From the sequence record DRR723986_5073: DNA of 64,000 bases. One strand, written 5' to 3'. Positions 20,171 through 29,704 of the stretch are shown here, in pieces. Numbering within the stretch: the first letter of the stretch is position 1; the number at the start of each line of letters is the position of its first letter. The notes beneath the pieces were generated by a model. That model made no database searches. It had not been told where the DNA came from and saw only the letters and a program-made list of their open reading frames with translations. The position numbers were made by a program, and so were the translations under genes.

Positions 20171-21904
20171 ATGCTTCGCCTATTCCTGCTTGGAATTGCA
20201 GGTTTTTTTGTCGTGCTGGCCTCCGAGGCCCAGGCGGTCCAGCCCGCGCGCTATGCGCTGGTGATCGGGAATTCTGACTATCAGCAACGGGGATGGCAGC
20301 TGGCCAATCCCGCAAATGATGCCCGCCTGATGGCCGAAACGCTGGCGGATGTCGGCTTTCAGGTCGATCTTGTCCTGAATGCCGGGGAAGACCGGATGGA
20401 GGAGGCGTTCGCCGCCCATGGCGCGCGCCTGAAGGCCGGTGGTAACAAGGCCGTGGGCCTGATCTACTATGCCGGGCACGGGGTTCAGTCTCAGGGGCTA
20501 AACTATCTGGTGCCGGTGGATGCCAATGCGCGCTCCGAACAGGACATCTGGCGCCAGGCGCCGCGCCTCGGCGATGCGCTGCGCTATGTCGAGGATGCGG
20601 GCAATGCGGTGAACTTCGTCATCCTGGATGCCTGCCGGGACAATCCGCTGCCGAGTGCAACACGCAGTGCCGCCGGCGGGCTCGCCGAGGTGAAACCCGC
20701 CCGCGGCCTGCTGATCTCCTACTCCACTGCGCCCGGCTATGTCGCCTATGACGGCGACGGCACGAATTCCGCCTTCGCGCTCGCTTTGGCGCAGACACTG
20801 AAACAGCAGAACCTGATCGCCGAACAGGTGTTCAAGCGCGTCGCGGATAGCGTCAATGCGGCGACCGGCGGGCTGCAGACCCCGTTCTACAATTCCGGCC
20901 TGACGGGCGCGGACTTTTGCTTTGCAGGCTGCAGCGGGGCGCCCGCACCCGCGCCGACGGTGATCTCGGACTCCGTTCTGTCGACCCGCCTGCCAGCCGG
21001 AACACGGTCGACGGCATCGACCAGCGCGGCGCCCGTGACAGGTCCGGCGGCGTCTCCTGCTGCTGGCACCGTGTCCGGCCTGGTGCGCCAGGGCGCTTTC
21101 GCGGCCGCAGCCAATGGCGGCCCGGTCGAGGCGCGCAAGTTCAGGGATTGTACGGACTGCCCGCAGATGGTTGCGATCCCGGCAGGCACGTTCCTGATGG
21201 GATCGCCTGAGAGCGAGCCAGAGCGCAAGGACACTGAAGGCCCGCAATGGAAACCGCAGGTCGCCATGTTTGCGGCGTCCGAAAAGGAAATCAGCTGGGC
21301 CGATCTCGATGCCTGCATCGCCGCAGGCGGTTGCGCGGGAAACGAGGCGAAGGCCGAGACACGGTCTGACCGCTGGAAGCGGGGCGCCATGCCTGCGGTC
21401 AACATCACCTGGTGGGAAGCGATGGACTATGTCCGCTGGCTGAATGAGCAGGTGGAGGGTGAACCCTATCGCCTGCTGAACGAGGCGGAGTGGGAGTATG
21501 CCGCCCGCGCAGGCACAACGACTGCGTTCAACACCGGCGACTATCTCACCGACAAGGACGCAAACTTCAATGCCGGCGGGCGCCAGTACAATGGCGGGCC
21601 GAAAGGGAAATGGCCGCGCCAGCCGATCCCGGTCGGGTCTTATCCGCCCAATGCGTTCGGCCTGTACGACATGCATGGCAATGCCGCCGAATGGGTCGCT
21701 GATTGCTGGAGCCACGATTATATGGGCCGCACCGGCATAGCGGAAGCCGAACCGGGCGCGGAGAAATGCTCCCGCGCCGTGCGCGGCGGCAGCTGGGAGA
21801 AAATCCCGTCCTATGTCCGCTCTGCCGTGCGCGACGCCTTCCCCTCTAGCGGGCGGGACGATGCCATAGGCTTCCGGGTGGCGAGGGACCCCGATCCGTC
21901 ATGA
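20171..21904 (+). CDS. Caspase-like (peptidase C14) + FGE-sulfatase (SUMF1) domain protein with signal peptide
   Basis: [15 protein letters not shown] and ILDACR catalytic dyad; Pro/Ala/Ser linker; [42 protein letters not shown]. Confidence 0.92.
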   Translation: MLRLFLLGIAGFFVVLASEAQAVQPARYALVIGNSDYQQRGWQLANPANDARLMAETLADVGFQVDLVLNAGEDRMEEAFAAHGARLKAGGNKAVGLIYYAGHGVQSQGLNYLVPVDANARSEQDIWRQAPRLGDALRYVEDAGNAVNFVILDACRDNPLPSATRSAAGGLAEVKPARGLLISYSTAPGYVAYDGDGTNSAFALALAQTLKQQNLIAEQVFKRVADSVNAATGGLQTPFYNSGLTGADFCFAGCSGAPAPAPTVISDSVLSTRLPAGTRSTASTSAAPVTGPAASPAAGTVSGLVRQGAFAAAANGGPVEARKFRDCTDCPQMVAIPAGTFLMGSPESEPERKDTEGPQWKPQVAMFAASEKEISWADLDACIAAGGCAGNEAKAETRSDRWKRGAMPAVNITWWEAMDYVRWLNEQVEGEPYRLLNEAEWEYAARAGTTTAFNTGDYLTDKDANFNAGGRQYNGGPKGKWPRQPIPVGSYPPNAFGLYDMHGNAAEWVADCWSHDYMGRTGIAEAEPGAEKCSRAVRGGSWEKIPSYVRSAVRDAFPSSGRDDAIGFRVARDPDPS

Positions 21905-22308
21905 TCCAGTCCATCAGCCCCCTGATCAGCCATCACCGGGACCAGCTGAAAGCTGAGTCCCGGTTGAACCGGTCTCTTCTGATCGGGGCGATGCTGGCGG
22001 CACTGGCGGCGTTCAGCGTTTTCCTGCTGACCCTGTTCGGGCACTATCCGCTGCCTGTCGGCGAGCGCATCTTTTCCGGCAATCCGGAACGGATCCTCGG
22101 TGCATCCAACTTTTTTGTGGCCACCGCCATCGGCGCCGCGCTCCGCATGTGGCGGATGCGCCAGACGCGGATCAAGCTGCTGATCGCCGAGGCCTTCCTG
22201 CGGGAAAATGAAGACGAGACGGGCCTGCGCCTGCTGCTGGAGCCGATGTTCGGCCCGGATGTCTGGCGCGGGACGAAGCTGAATGATTCAGGGGGAACGG
22301 AGTGGTGA
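21901..22308 (+). CDS. Hypothetical two-TM membrane protein
   Basis: ATGA overlap with the caspase gene and two hydrophobic segments. Confidence 0.7.
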   Translation: MIQSISPLISHHRDQLKAESRLNRSLLIGAMLAALAAFSVFLLTLFGHYPLPVGERIFSGNPERILGASNFFVATAIGAALRMWRMRQTRIKLLIAEAFLRENEDETGLRLLLEPMFGPDVWRGTKLNDSGGTEW

Positions 22309-23687
22309 GCACGGAAAACGAGACAAGCCGGTCGCCGGTCACATCGCTGGATCTGCTGATGGAGCTGCAGGGCGAGCAGCAATCTTTCCGCTTCCTCGTA
22401 CGGGCCCTGGCGGCCTTGCTGGCAACGGCTGCGGTCATCGCGGTGGGCAGCGTGATCTATTTCTATTTCGAGCTTCAGGGGCTACGCTCGGAATATGCGC
22501 GGCAGGCACAGCTGAATCAGGTGAACCTGCGAATTGTGGCAGGCGAAGCAAGCCGGCAGAGGGAGTCCACGCAGGCTCAGCTGGTTGCAATTCGTGAAGA
22601 GAACGAGGCCGCCCGCCGTCAGGCCGAGCTGTCGCGGGAGCTGCAACAGGCCGGTTCACCGGGGCAGATCGCTTCCTACAAGGACCGCGCCGTGTCCATC
22701 GCGCGGGGGCACATTCTCGGCAAGACGATGAACGAGGTGACCTCGCAAGTCGTTGCCATGGTGCTGCGCGCGGATCAGGCGGGCAGCGTCAGCCTGCTGA
22801 CAAATGGCGAGCGTGTCCTGATGCAGGCGGCGCTGGACGACTGGGGCGGGCAGGTGGAATCGGCCACCGTGCGGAGCGAGTTCCAGACGCTGCTGGATGA
22901 CAGTTCAAGCCTGACCGATCAGGGTGTCGGCGCGGCGGGTCTTGCCATGCTGGAATATCGCAAGGCGGACGGGAATTCCCTTGGCTGGAACCGGGGCTGT
23001 TCCACGGTCGTCGACTATGTGAATCAGGCCGCTGCGCGGGGGCTGAACGAGCCGATGCTGCTGCTCTGGAAAGGCCAGTGCCTGCGCAAGCGCGGCGATG
23101 CCTTGCTGGCCTATGAAGCCTTCAGCCAGGCAGCGAAGCTGATGGAAGCCGATCCGGAGGATATCACGCTGGAACAATCCCAGATGGCGCATCATGGTGT
23201 GGGCACCACGCTGATCGCACTGGCCGCGCAGTCACAATTGCCGGAAGGCCAGGACAAGAATGTCGCCCTTCAGGAGGCTCTGTCAGAACTACGCACGGCA
23301 GCCAAGATAAGGGCAGACCGTGGCTCCACCCGTGTCGGCGTGGCGTACACGGAAGAAAACATGGGCTTCATCTATATCCTTGAGGAAGACTGGCCAGCCG
23401 CGCTGTCCCATACTGAAAACATCGACAATATCCTGCCGCTGGCCTGGAACCTGACGGTGCGTAACATCGCGGCGCGCGAAAATGAGCAGGCGCTGAAGCG
23501 GGGCGGTGCCAGCCGCGAGGCTATTCGGGAAATGCGGCGTATTCAGAATGATACGGCCATGGTGCTGTCCCTGATGGACTGCGGTCAGATCGACAAGGCA
23601 GAGCTGATGCGCTTGCTGCCGCAGACCTATTCTGACGAAGTCGATGAACTTGCGGCGCATTGCCTTGTGGAATCGGGCGGAATTTGA
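22302..23687 (+). CDS. Hypothetical TM + coiled-coil + TPR-like helical protein
   Basis: GTG start after GGAG overlapping the upstream stop; single TM, Q/E/R-rich coil, TPR-like LLWKGQCLRKRGDALLAYEAFSQA. Confidence 0.75.
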   Translation: MVSTENETSRSPVTSLDLLMELQGEQQSFRFLVRALAALLATAAVIAVGSVIYFYFELQGLRSEYARQAQLNQVNLRIVAGEASRQRESTQAQLVAIREENEAARRQAELSRELQQAGSPGQIASYKDRAVSIARGHILGKTMNEVTSQVVAMVLRADQAGSVSLLTNGERVLMQAALDDWGGQVESATVRSEFQTLLDDSSSLTDQGVGAAGLAMLEYRKADGNSLGWNRGCSTVVDYVNQAAARGLNEPMLLLWKGQCLRKRGDALLAYEAFSQAAKLMEADPEDITLEQSQMAHHGVGTTLIALAAQSQLPEGQDKNVALQEALSELRTAAKIRADRGSTRVGVAYTEENMGFIYILEEDWPAALSHTENIDNILPLAWNLTVRNIAARENEQALKRGGASREAIREMRRIQNDTAMVLSLMDCGQIDKAELMRLLPQTYSDEVDELAAHCLVESGGI

Positions 23688-23756
23688 TGCAGCCTTGCTG
23701 TTGAACCCATAGAGAAACCAACTAGGTTGCGCCTCGCGAAGAAAAGGACACTTATA

Positions 23757-23966
23757 ATGACCCGCGAAGAAACGCTCCGCCTCGAAGCCTATCTCAAAGA
23801 AAAGCTGAATCCCGGCCTGCGCCTGCTGCCGCGCGACAAGACGGACGATTCTGTCGAAGTCTATCTCGGCGCCGAGTTCCTGGCTGTTGTCTACAAGGAC
23901 GTCGACGAGGGCGAGACCTCCTACCAGTTCCAGATGACCGTGCTGGAAGAAGACATCAACGGCTAA
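23757..23966 (+). CDS. DUF3126-family small protein
   Basis: LEAYLK...DDSVEVYLGAEFLAVVYKD.DEGETSYQFQMTVLEED pattern; SD AAGGA. Confidence 0.85.
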   Translation: MTREETLRLEAYLKEKLNPGLRLLPRDKTDDSVEVYLGAEFLAVVYKDVDEGETSYQFQMTVLEEDING

Positions 23967-23973
23967 GCCGTCG

Positions 23974-24003
23974 CGGGACCGTCCCATTGGTGGAACGGTC
24001 CCG
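23974..24003. terminator. Hairpin between convergent genes (probable terminator)
   Basis: CGGGACCGT...ACGGTCCCG stem followed by TTT. Confidence 0.6.
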
Positions 24004-24039
24004 TTTCAGGCTGGTTTGACCGGCCATCATGCGCACCGC

Positions 24040-24468
24040 CTAATAAGGCAGGGCGCGTTTGTCAGGCTCGACCCATTCGCGCCGGGCTTTCACGCTGAAA
24101 AGCGTGTCCCGCCGCCAATACTCGAAAACCCAGTCCGGCTTTCCGCACGGGCCTGCCAGCAGGCCAATCAGGACGGTGTGAAGCGGCGCGCCTTCGGGCG
24201 CAGCGCAGTAGGCGTGTTCGGCCGCTTTCAGCGAGGCGATGGTGATCGTTTCGTGATAGCCTTCGGTATCGGTATTCCGGCCACCCACGGATTCATTGTA
24301 GCTGCGGATCATGCTGGGCATGTCGCGATAGGCGGCCGGCGCATCCTCCGCGATCAGGCCAAGGGCGGCGGCCCAATGCGCGGCATGGGTCCACTTTTCC
24401 TTTGGCAGGGTCCGGTTGCGGAAGCCATCCAGCAAGCCGGCCATATCGGTATCGGTTTCAAAACTCAT
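24040..24468 (-). CDS. Conserved hypothetical protein
   Basis: SD AAGGA; conserved-looking WTHAAH, GYHETIT and ARREWVEPD motifs. Confidence 0.8.
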   Translation of the reverse strand: MSFETDTDMAGLLDGFRNRTLPKEKWTHAAHWAAALGLIAEDAPAAYRDMPSMIRSYNESVGGRNTDTEGYHETITIASLKAAEHAYCAAPEGAPLHTVLIGLLAGPCGKPDWVFEYWRRDTLFSVKARREWVEPDKRALPY

Positions 24469-24497
24469 CTTGTCGTTCCTTCAGTCATGGCGGGACC

Positions 24498-24529
24498 AAA
24501 AACAAAAGCCCCGCCGGGTGGCGGGGCTT
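24498..24529 (-). terminator. Intrinsic terminator in the leader of the 24040-24468 gene
   Basis: Minus strand AAGCCCCGCC-ACCC-GGCGGGGCTT followed by TTGTTTTT. Confidence 0.85.
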
Positions 24530-24558
24530 GTTGGGTCGAATGCCGATCTGACGTGCGA

Positions 24559-24642
24559 TCAGTCAGGCAGTCGCCAGGCACAAGCACGCGCCGGCTGGAT
24601 GAGCCCGGTCTGTTGCTGAACAGTGATCGCATGTTTGTGCAT
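24559..24642 (-). CDS. Putative leaderless leader peptide MHKHAITVQQQTGLIQPARACAWRLPD
   Basis: ATG 6 nt after a TTGCCA-N17-TATCCG promoter-like motif; stop 30 nt before the terminator. Confidence 0.5.
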   Translation of the reverse strand: MHKHAITVQQQTGLIQPARACAWRLPD

Positions 24643-24706
24643 ACGGGCCGGATAGCGATTCCCTCCAAGGATGGCAAGTCCGTATTTGTCCGTAGGCAGA
24701 CTCGCC

Positions 24707-26110
24707 CTAGAAAAGCGAGCCTTGCTGGCCTTTTGGCTTTGCTTTGGCTGATTTTGAGGCAGGCGTCGGGGGTGATCCGGAAGACCCGCTCGGCACGGCC
24801 GTCACATCCCCGTCTGCGAAACTGATCTTCAGGCTGGCGGCGCTGGCGGCCGAGCCGGCGGAGCGGACGAGCTTTCCGGCATCGTCCCGCACGAGGGCAT
24901 AGCCGCGTTTCAGCGTGGCCTGGTAGGACAGCGTCTCCAGCAGCTTGCCTTGAGACGCAAGCGCGGTTTCGCGCTGCTGCATCAGGCGGGTCAGCGCAGG
25001 CCGGGCGCGCACCGCCACATCGCGCAGGCGCTGTTTCGAGGTGCGGATTTCGCTGCGCAGGCTGGCCGGGCTGATGGTCAGGCGCGAGAGGCGGACGCGG
25101 GCCTTCTGCGTCAGGGCGAGCGCGGCGCGGGGCAGGGTGGCGGCGGCATAGTCCAGCCGCTGGCGCTTGGTCTGCAGCAGGCTTTCCGGGCGCGGCAGGC
25201 GGGCGGCGGTCAGCTTGTCCTTCGCCTGTCCGGTGCGGCGGGCGAGGGCGCGCTTCAGGCGCTCGCCGGCCTCGCTGGTCTGCAGCAGCAGTTCCTGGCG
25301 CACGGGCACGGCGATCTCGGCGGCGCCGGTCGGCGTCGGGGCGCGGGCGTCTGAGACATAGTCGATCAGTGTCGTGTCGGTCTCGTGGCCGACGGCGGAG
25401 ATCAGCGGGATCTCGCTTTCGAAGGCGGCGCGGACGACGATTTCCTCGTTGAAGGGCCAGAGGTCTTCGATCGAGCCGCCGCCGCGGGCGACGATCAGCA
25501 CGTCCGGGCGGTCGGTGCCGGTCATGGCGTTGAAGCCCTTGATTCCCGCAGTGATCTGCCCGGCGGCCTGATCCCCCTGCACCAGCGCGGGCCAGACGAT
25601 CACGCGCACCGGAAAACGGTCGCGGATGCGGTGCAGGATATCGCGGATGACGGCGCCGGTCGGGCTGGTCACCACGCCGATGGTGCGCGGCAGGAAGGGC
25701 AGCTGTTTCTTGTGCTCGGGCGCGAACAGGCCTTCGGCGGCGAGCTTTTTCTTGCGCTCCTCCAGCAGGGCCATCAGCGCCCCGGCCCCGGCCGGGCGCA
25801 TGGAGGCGGCGATCATCTGGTAGTTGGAGCGCCCCGCATAGATCGACAGCTTTCCTGTCGCGATGACTTCGAGGCCTTCTTCCGGCCGGAAGGGCAGACG
25901 GTCGACCTGGCCTTTCCACATCACGGTGTTCAGCACGGCCTTGTCGTCTTTCAGGTCGCAATACATGTGGCCGGAGCGGGCGATAGTGACCCGGCCCAGT
26001 TCGCCGCGCACGACGACATGGTCGTAATTGGTCTCGATCGTCCGCTTCAGGCTGGCGGCGATGTCGGAGACGCTGAGGGCGGGATCGTTGGAGGCGGGGG
26101 CATCTGACAT
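24707..26110 (-). CDS. xseA: Exodeoxyribonuclease VII large subunit
   Basis: SGHMYCDLKD, GVVTSPTGAVIRD, ARGGGSIEDLWPFNEE, AVGHETD, PTPTGAAE. Confidence 0.97.
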   Translation of the reverse strand: MSDAPASNDPALSVSDIAASLKRTIETNYDHVVVRGELGRVTIARSGHMYCDLKDDKAVLNTVMWKGQVDRLPFRPEEGLEVIATGKLSIYAGRSNYQMIAASMRPAGAGALMALLEERKKKLAAEGLFAPEHKKQLPFLPRTIGVVTSPTGAVIRDILHRIRDRFPVRVIVWPALVQGDQAAGQITAGIKGFNAMTGTDRPDVLIVARGGGSIEDLWPFNEEIVVRAAFESEIPLISAVGHETDTTLIDYVSDARAPTPTGAAEIAVPVRQELLLQTSEAGERLKRALARRTGQAKDKLTAARLPRPESLLQTKRQRLDYAAATLPRAALALTQKARVRLSRLTISPASLRSEIRTSKQRLRDVAVRARPALTRLMQQRETALASQGKLLETLSYQATLKRGYALVRDDAGKLVRSAGSAASAASLKISFADGDVTAVPSGSSGSPPTPASKSAKAKPKGQQGSLF

Positions 26111-26243
26111 GCCCCTTTTCTGGACGCGGTTGCGGACCGGGGCAAGGCCCAGAACAAGGGCAGGCTGCTAGGCTTGACCTCTGTCGCCGACTCCCTAACC
26201 AGCTTGGGGCTGTTTCCTTCTCCTGCCAGCCGGACCCTGCCTC

Positions 26244-27107
26244 ATGACCCAACCGACTTCCAGGCCGTGGTATCGCGCGGCAGCGGGCGTGCTGCCGCGT
26301 TCGTTACGGCGCCGATTGCTGTGCCTGGGGCGGGACCTGGCGAGCATTCCGGTGCGCCTGAAGCCAGGGGCGAAACCGGCGCCATGGTCAAGCCTGCACG
26401 ATGTGGGCGGTGGCGATTTCCACACGGTCGGCCGTGTGATCCTCAGCCATTTGATCAATAAGGCGGGGCTGACGCGGGACGATCATGTGCTGGACATCGG
26501 CTGTGGCACAGGCCGCGTCGCGTTTGCCCTGGCGGACTATCTGTCGCCCAAGGGCTGCTATACCGGATTTGACGTGGCCGCATCCGGACTTGCCTGGATG
26601 ATCCGCTACCTGCCGCCAGCCGCGGCGCCATTCCGCATCGTTCGGGCGGACGTGTTCAACACCGAGTACCGCCAGAAAACCGCCAGCCGGGCCGAAGCCT
26701 ATCGCTTCCCCGTCCGTGACGGCAGCGTGGATGTGGCCTTCGCCACCTCTGTCTTCACGCACCTGTTGCCAGCGGATGCAGAGAACTACATCGCCGAAAT
26801 CGGGCGCAGCCTGCGGCCCGGCGGGCGGGCCTATGTGACCGCCTTCCTGATGACGGAGGCGCGCCGAGCCCCGGCGACAAGCGGGCAGGCTTTCGTGAAA
26901 TTCCATCGTTTCGGCGACGTCGCGCATGTGGGCGACCCGCAAGTGCCGGAAGCGATGATCGCGTTCGACGAGGCGGGTTTCATGGATTGGGTCGCCAGGG
27001 CGGGGCTGGATCTCGTCCCGCCGGTGAAATACGGCCACTGGGGCGGTGAAGCCCCCGCGCCGGGGCAGGATTTCCAGGACGTCCTTGTGCTGAGGAAGCC
27101 GGCCTAG
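26244..27107 (+). CDS. Class I SAM-dependent methyltransferase
   Basis: VLDIGCGTGR, FATSVFTHL, LRPGGR. Confidence 0.88.
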   Translation: MTQPTSRPWYRAAAGVLPRSLRRRLLCLGRDLASIPVRLKPGAKPAPWSSLHDVGGGDFHTVGRVILSHLINKAGLTRDDHVLDIGCGTGRVAFALADYLSPKGCYTGFDVAASGLAWMIRYLPPAAAPFRIVRADVFNTEYRQKTASRAEAYRFPVRDGSVDVAFATSVFTHLLPADAENYIAEIGRSLRPGGRAYVTAFLMTEARRAPATSGQAFVKFHRFGDVAHVGDPQVPEAMIAFDEAGFMDWVARAGLDLVPPVKYGHWGGEAPAPGQDFQDVLVLRKPA

Positions 27108-27180
27108 GCATTCCGGCCAATAAATTCTCCTCCCGCCACAGCGCGTGAGGGAGCGGCCAGGCCTGATTTCTCTTAAAGCG

Positions 27181-27815
27181 TCAGGACGAGTCGTGGCTCT
27201 GCGCGTCCAGAGCCACCTTGTGCAGATATTGCATGTTGTCGGCCTTTTCCGGGTCCAGCGCCGGATCGGGGAAGGCTTTCGGCTGGGGCGCCAGCAGCGG
27301 CTTCAGCGGTGCAGGGAGCCGCGCGCTCATGGCCTGCAGGTAAAGCTCGCCATGCTCGAACACATGGATCCGCGCCGCGATCCGTTTCAGCAAAGGCGCG
27401 GAGGACGCCAGTCCATCCGCCGTCCGGTCTGCAGGCATGGAAACGCCAGCTGCCGGCGCCTTCAGGCAATAGTCAGGATCACCCGCACGGGGCGCGCGGA
27501 TAACGGGCACGGGCGGGCATTCATCGAGACGGAAGAGGAGGGGCTCTCACCCTCCGGCGGCGGAGGCATCGGGCCATACTCTGCGCACATGATGACCAGT
27601 ATGCGCCGGACGAGCGCCTCTAAAATGCTGAGGGTCAGCGAGATGGCGCCCGCCTCGATGCGTGGCAGGCGCGCAGCCGCCGTGTCGTTCCCGGTGTCTT
27701 GCGCGGTGCCATCTGCCGGATGGCACCGCCGCCACAGATTCTGCACCGCGTCCTGCACGGTGAACCACCAGCGGCTGATCAGATCATGGGTGCGGGCAGG
27801 GACGGGAAAGCTCAT
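27181..27815 (-). pseudogene. Probable frameshifted hypothetical gene
   Basis: Two overlapping minus-strand frames (27815-27462 and 27546-27181) that join at a Pro-rich linker near 27545. Confidence 0.45.
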
Positions 27816-27916
27816 CCCGCAAGAGTGCCCGCGGCCGGTATCCCGTTGGATTGGCATAGCCGGATCTGCTGCAGGTAAAGGCAACAGGGCGCGGAAACCG
27901 CCGCTTCTGTCCTACA

Positions 27917-28330
27917 TCAGGCCCCGGCGGCGAGCTGGACCGCGAGCGAGGCGCCCGTGCGGGTGGAGACGCGGCTGAGCGTGAAGGTGCCGGAGATCCG
28001 CGCATCTTCGGAGAAGGACCAGCGTCCCGTGAACCTGCTGAAGGACGCATCCACCGCCCCGCAATAGATCAGGTCCGGCTGGATGATGCCGGTGTCGGGC
28101 GTATAGCGTTTCGAAAGCAGGACGTGCTGGCCGCACCGGTCCCCCCGAATGGTCGCATCATATTCAGGTTCGTAGCCGAGCAGCGGGCCGAACGTCACCG
28201 GTTCCAGTGTCGTGCCGCACAGCTTGCCGTCGATTTCGGTGAGCATGGCCGTGAAGTTTACGCACTCGCCATTGGCGTCGTACCGGAACTCTCCGCTCCA
28301 CAGGCCGCTCATGTCTTTTGGTCCGCTCAT
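27917..28330 (-). CDS. Hypothetical beta-rich protein
   Basis: 137 aa ORF with SGLWSGEFRY...FTGRW...SGTFTL; divergent from purD. Confidence 0.7.
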   Translation of the reverse strand: MSGPKDMSGLWSGEFRYDANGECVNFTAMLTEIDGKLCGTTLEPVTFGPLLGYEPEYDATIRGDRCGQHVLLSKRYTPDTGIIQPDLIYCGAVDASFSRFTGRWSFSEDARISGTFTLSRVSTRTGASLAVQLAAGA

Positions 28331-28372
28331 ACCTACTTGATCTCAGACGCAGAGCCGAGCATCAAGCGCTTC

Positions 28373-29668
28373 ATGAATATTCTTCTCATCGGATCGGGTG
28401 GCCGCGAGCATGCGCTGGCCTGGAAAATGGCCCAGTCGAACCTGGTTGACGTGGTGCATTCGACGCCGGGCAATCCGGGCATGGACGAAGTGGGGCCCTG
28501 CTTCGATGTCGGCGCGACGGACATCGAGAACCTTGTAAAACTTACACTTCAGGTGGAACCGGACCTGGTCGTCGTGGGGCCTGAGGCGCCGCTGGCCGAA
28601 GGGTTGGCCGATGTGCTGAGGGCGCGCGGATTCGATGTCTTCGGGCCAAGCCGCGAAGCGGCACAACTCGAAGCATCAAAATCTTTTTCCAAAGGCCGGA
28701 TGACAGCCTATGGCGTGCCGACGGCCGCTTATGGCGAATTCACGGAAGCTGGGCTGGCAAAAGCCTTTTTGCGCAAAATGCAGGCACCCTACGTGCTGAA
28801 AGCCGACGGGCTGGCAGGCGGCAAGGGCGTCGTGATTGCGGAAACTCTGGACGACGCGGACGCCGCCGTGGACGAAATGCTGGGTGGCCAGTTCGGCGAC
28901 GCATCCGCCACGCTGGTGATTGAGGAGTTCATGCATGGCGAGGAAGCCAGCGTCTTCGTGATCACCGATGGCGAGGGTGCGATCTACCTGCCCGCCGCAC
29001 AGGACCACAAGCGCGTCGGCGATGGCGATACCGGGCCGAACACGGGCGGCATGGGCGCGTATGCGCCTGCACCTGTGGTGACCGACGAGATCATGGCCCG
29101 CGTGAAGGCCGAGATTGCCGAGCCGATGCTGCGCGGCATGGCGAAGGACGGCATGCCCTATCAGGGCGTGCTCTATATCGGCATCATGGTGACAGCGGAC
29201 GGCCCGAAAGTGGTCGAGTTCAACGCCCGCTTCGGCGATCCGGAATGCCAGGTTCTGATGAAGGGCCTGAAGGGGGACATCGTTCCGGCGCTGCTCGCCT
29301 CGGCGACCGGCGGCCTGAAAGGCAATGAAGAAGCCTTTGAGGCGCTGCTGGAACTGGACCAGTTCGAGCCGACCGCGACCGTTGTGATGGCGATGACTGG
29401 TTATCCCGGATCCGTCGAGAAGGGCTCGGTGATCAAACATGTCGGCAAGGCGAACGATCTGCCGGGCGTGCACGTCTTCCACGCCGGAACCGACCGTAAC
29501 GATCTGGGCATGCTGACCGCCAATGGCGGGCGCGTGCTGAACGTCACCGCCAGCGGAAGCACGCTGCGCGAGGCGATCGACCGGGCCTATGCCGGGGTCG
29601 ACGCGATCGACTGGCCGGAAGGCTTCTGCCGTCGCGACATTGGTTGGCGCGCGCTGGAACGGGGATAA
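28373..29668 (+). CDS. purD: Phosphoribosylamine--glycine ligase
   Basis: MNILLIGSGGREHALAWK, KADGLAGGKGV, QDHKRVGDGDTGPNTGGMGAY, EFNARFGDPE. Confidence 0.98.
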   Translation: MNILLIGSGGREHALAWKMAQSNLVDVVHSTPGNPGMDEVGPCFDVGATDIENLVKLTLQVEPDLVVVGPEAPLAEGLADVLRARGFDVFGPSREAAQLEASKSFSKGRMTAYGVPTAAYGEFTEAGLAKAFLRKMQAPYVLKADGLAGGKGVVIAETLDDADAAVDEMLGGQFGDASATLVIEEFMHGEEASVFVITDGEGAIYLPAAQDHKRVGDGDTGPNTGGMGAYAPAPVVTDEIMARVKAEIAEPMLRGMAKDGMPYQGVLYIGIMVTADGPKVVEFNARFGDPECQVLMKGLKGDIVPALLASATGGLKGNEEAFEALLELDQFEPTATVVMAMTGYPGSVEKGSVIKHVGKANDLPGVHVFHAGTDRNDLGMLTANGGRVLNVTASGSTLREAIDRAYAGVDAIDWPEGFCRRDIGWRALERG

Positions 29669-29704
29669 GGATCCCGGCCGCGCTGCGGCAGTCAGGAGAG
29701 AAAG

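Noticed and set aside
21780-21904. Diversity-generating retroelement target (FGE C-terminus resembles a variable region)
   Set aside because: No reverse transcriptase, avd gene or template repeat is visible in the window. It cannot be excluded elsewhere in the genome.
24465-26252. 595-aa Arg/Pro-rich ORF overlapping xseA
   Set aside because: Alternate-frame artefact of high GC content. xseA explains the coding signal.
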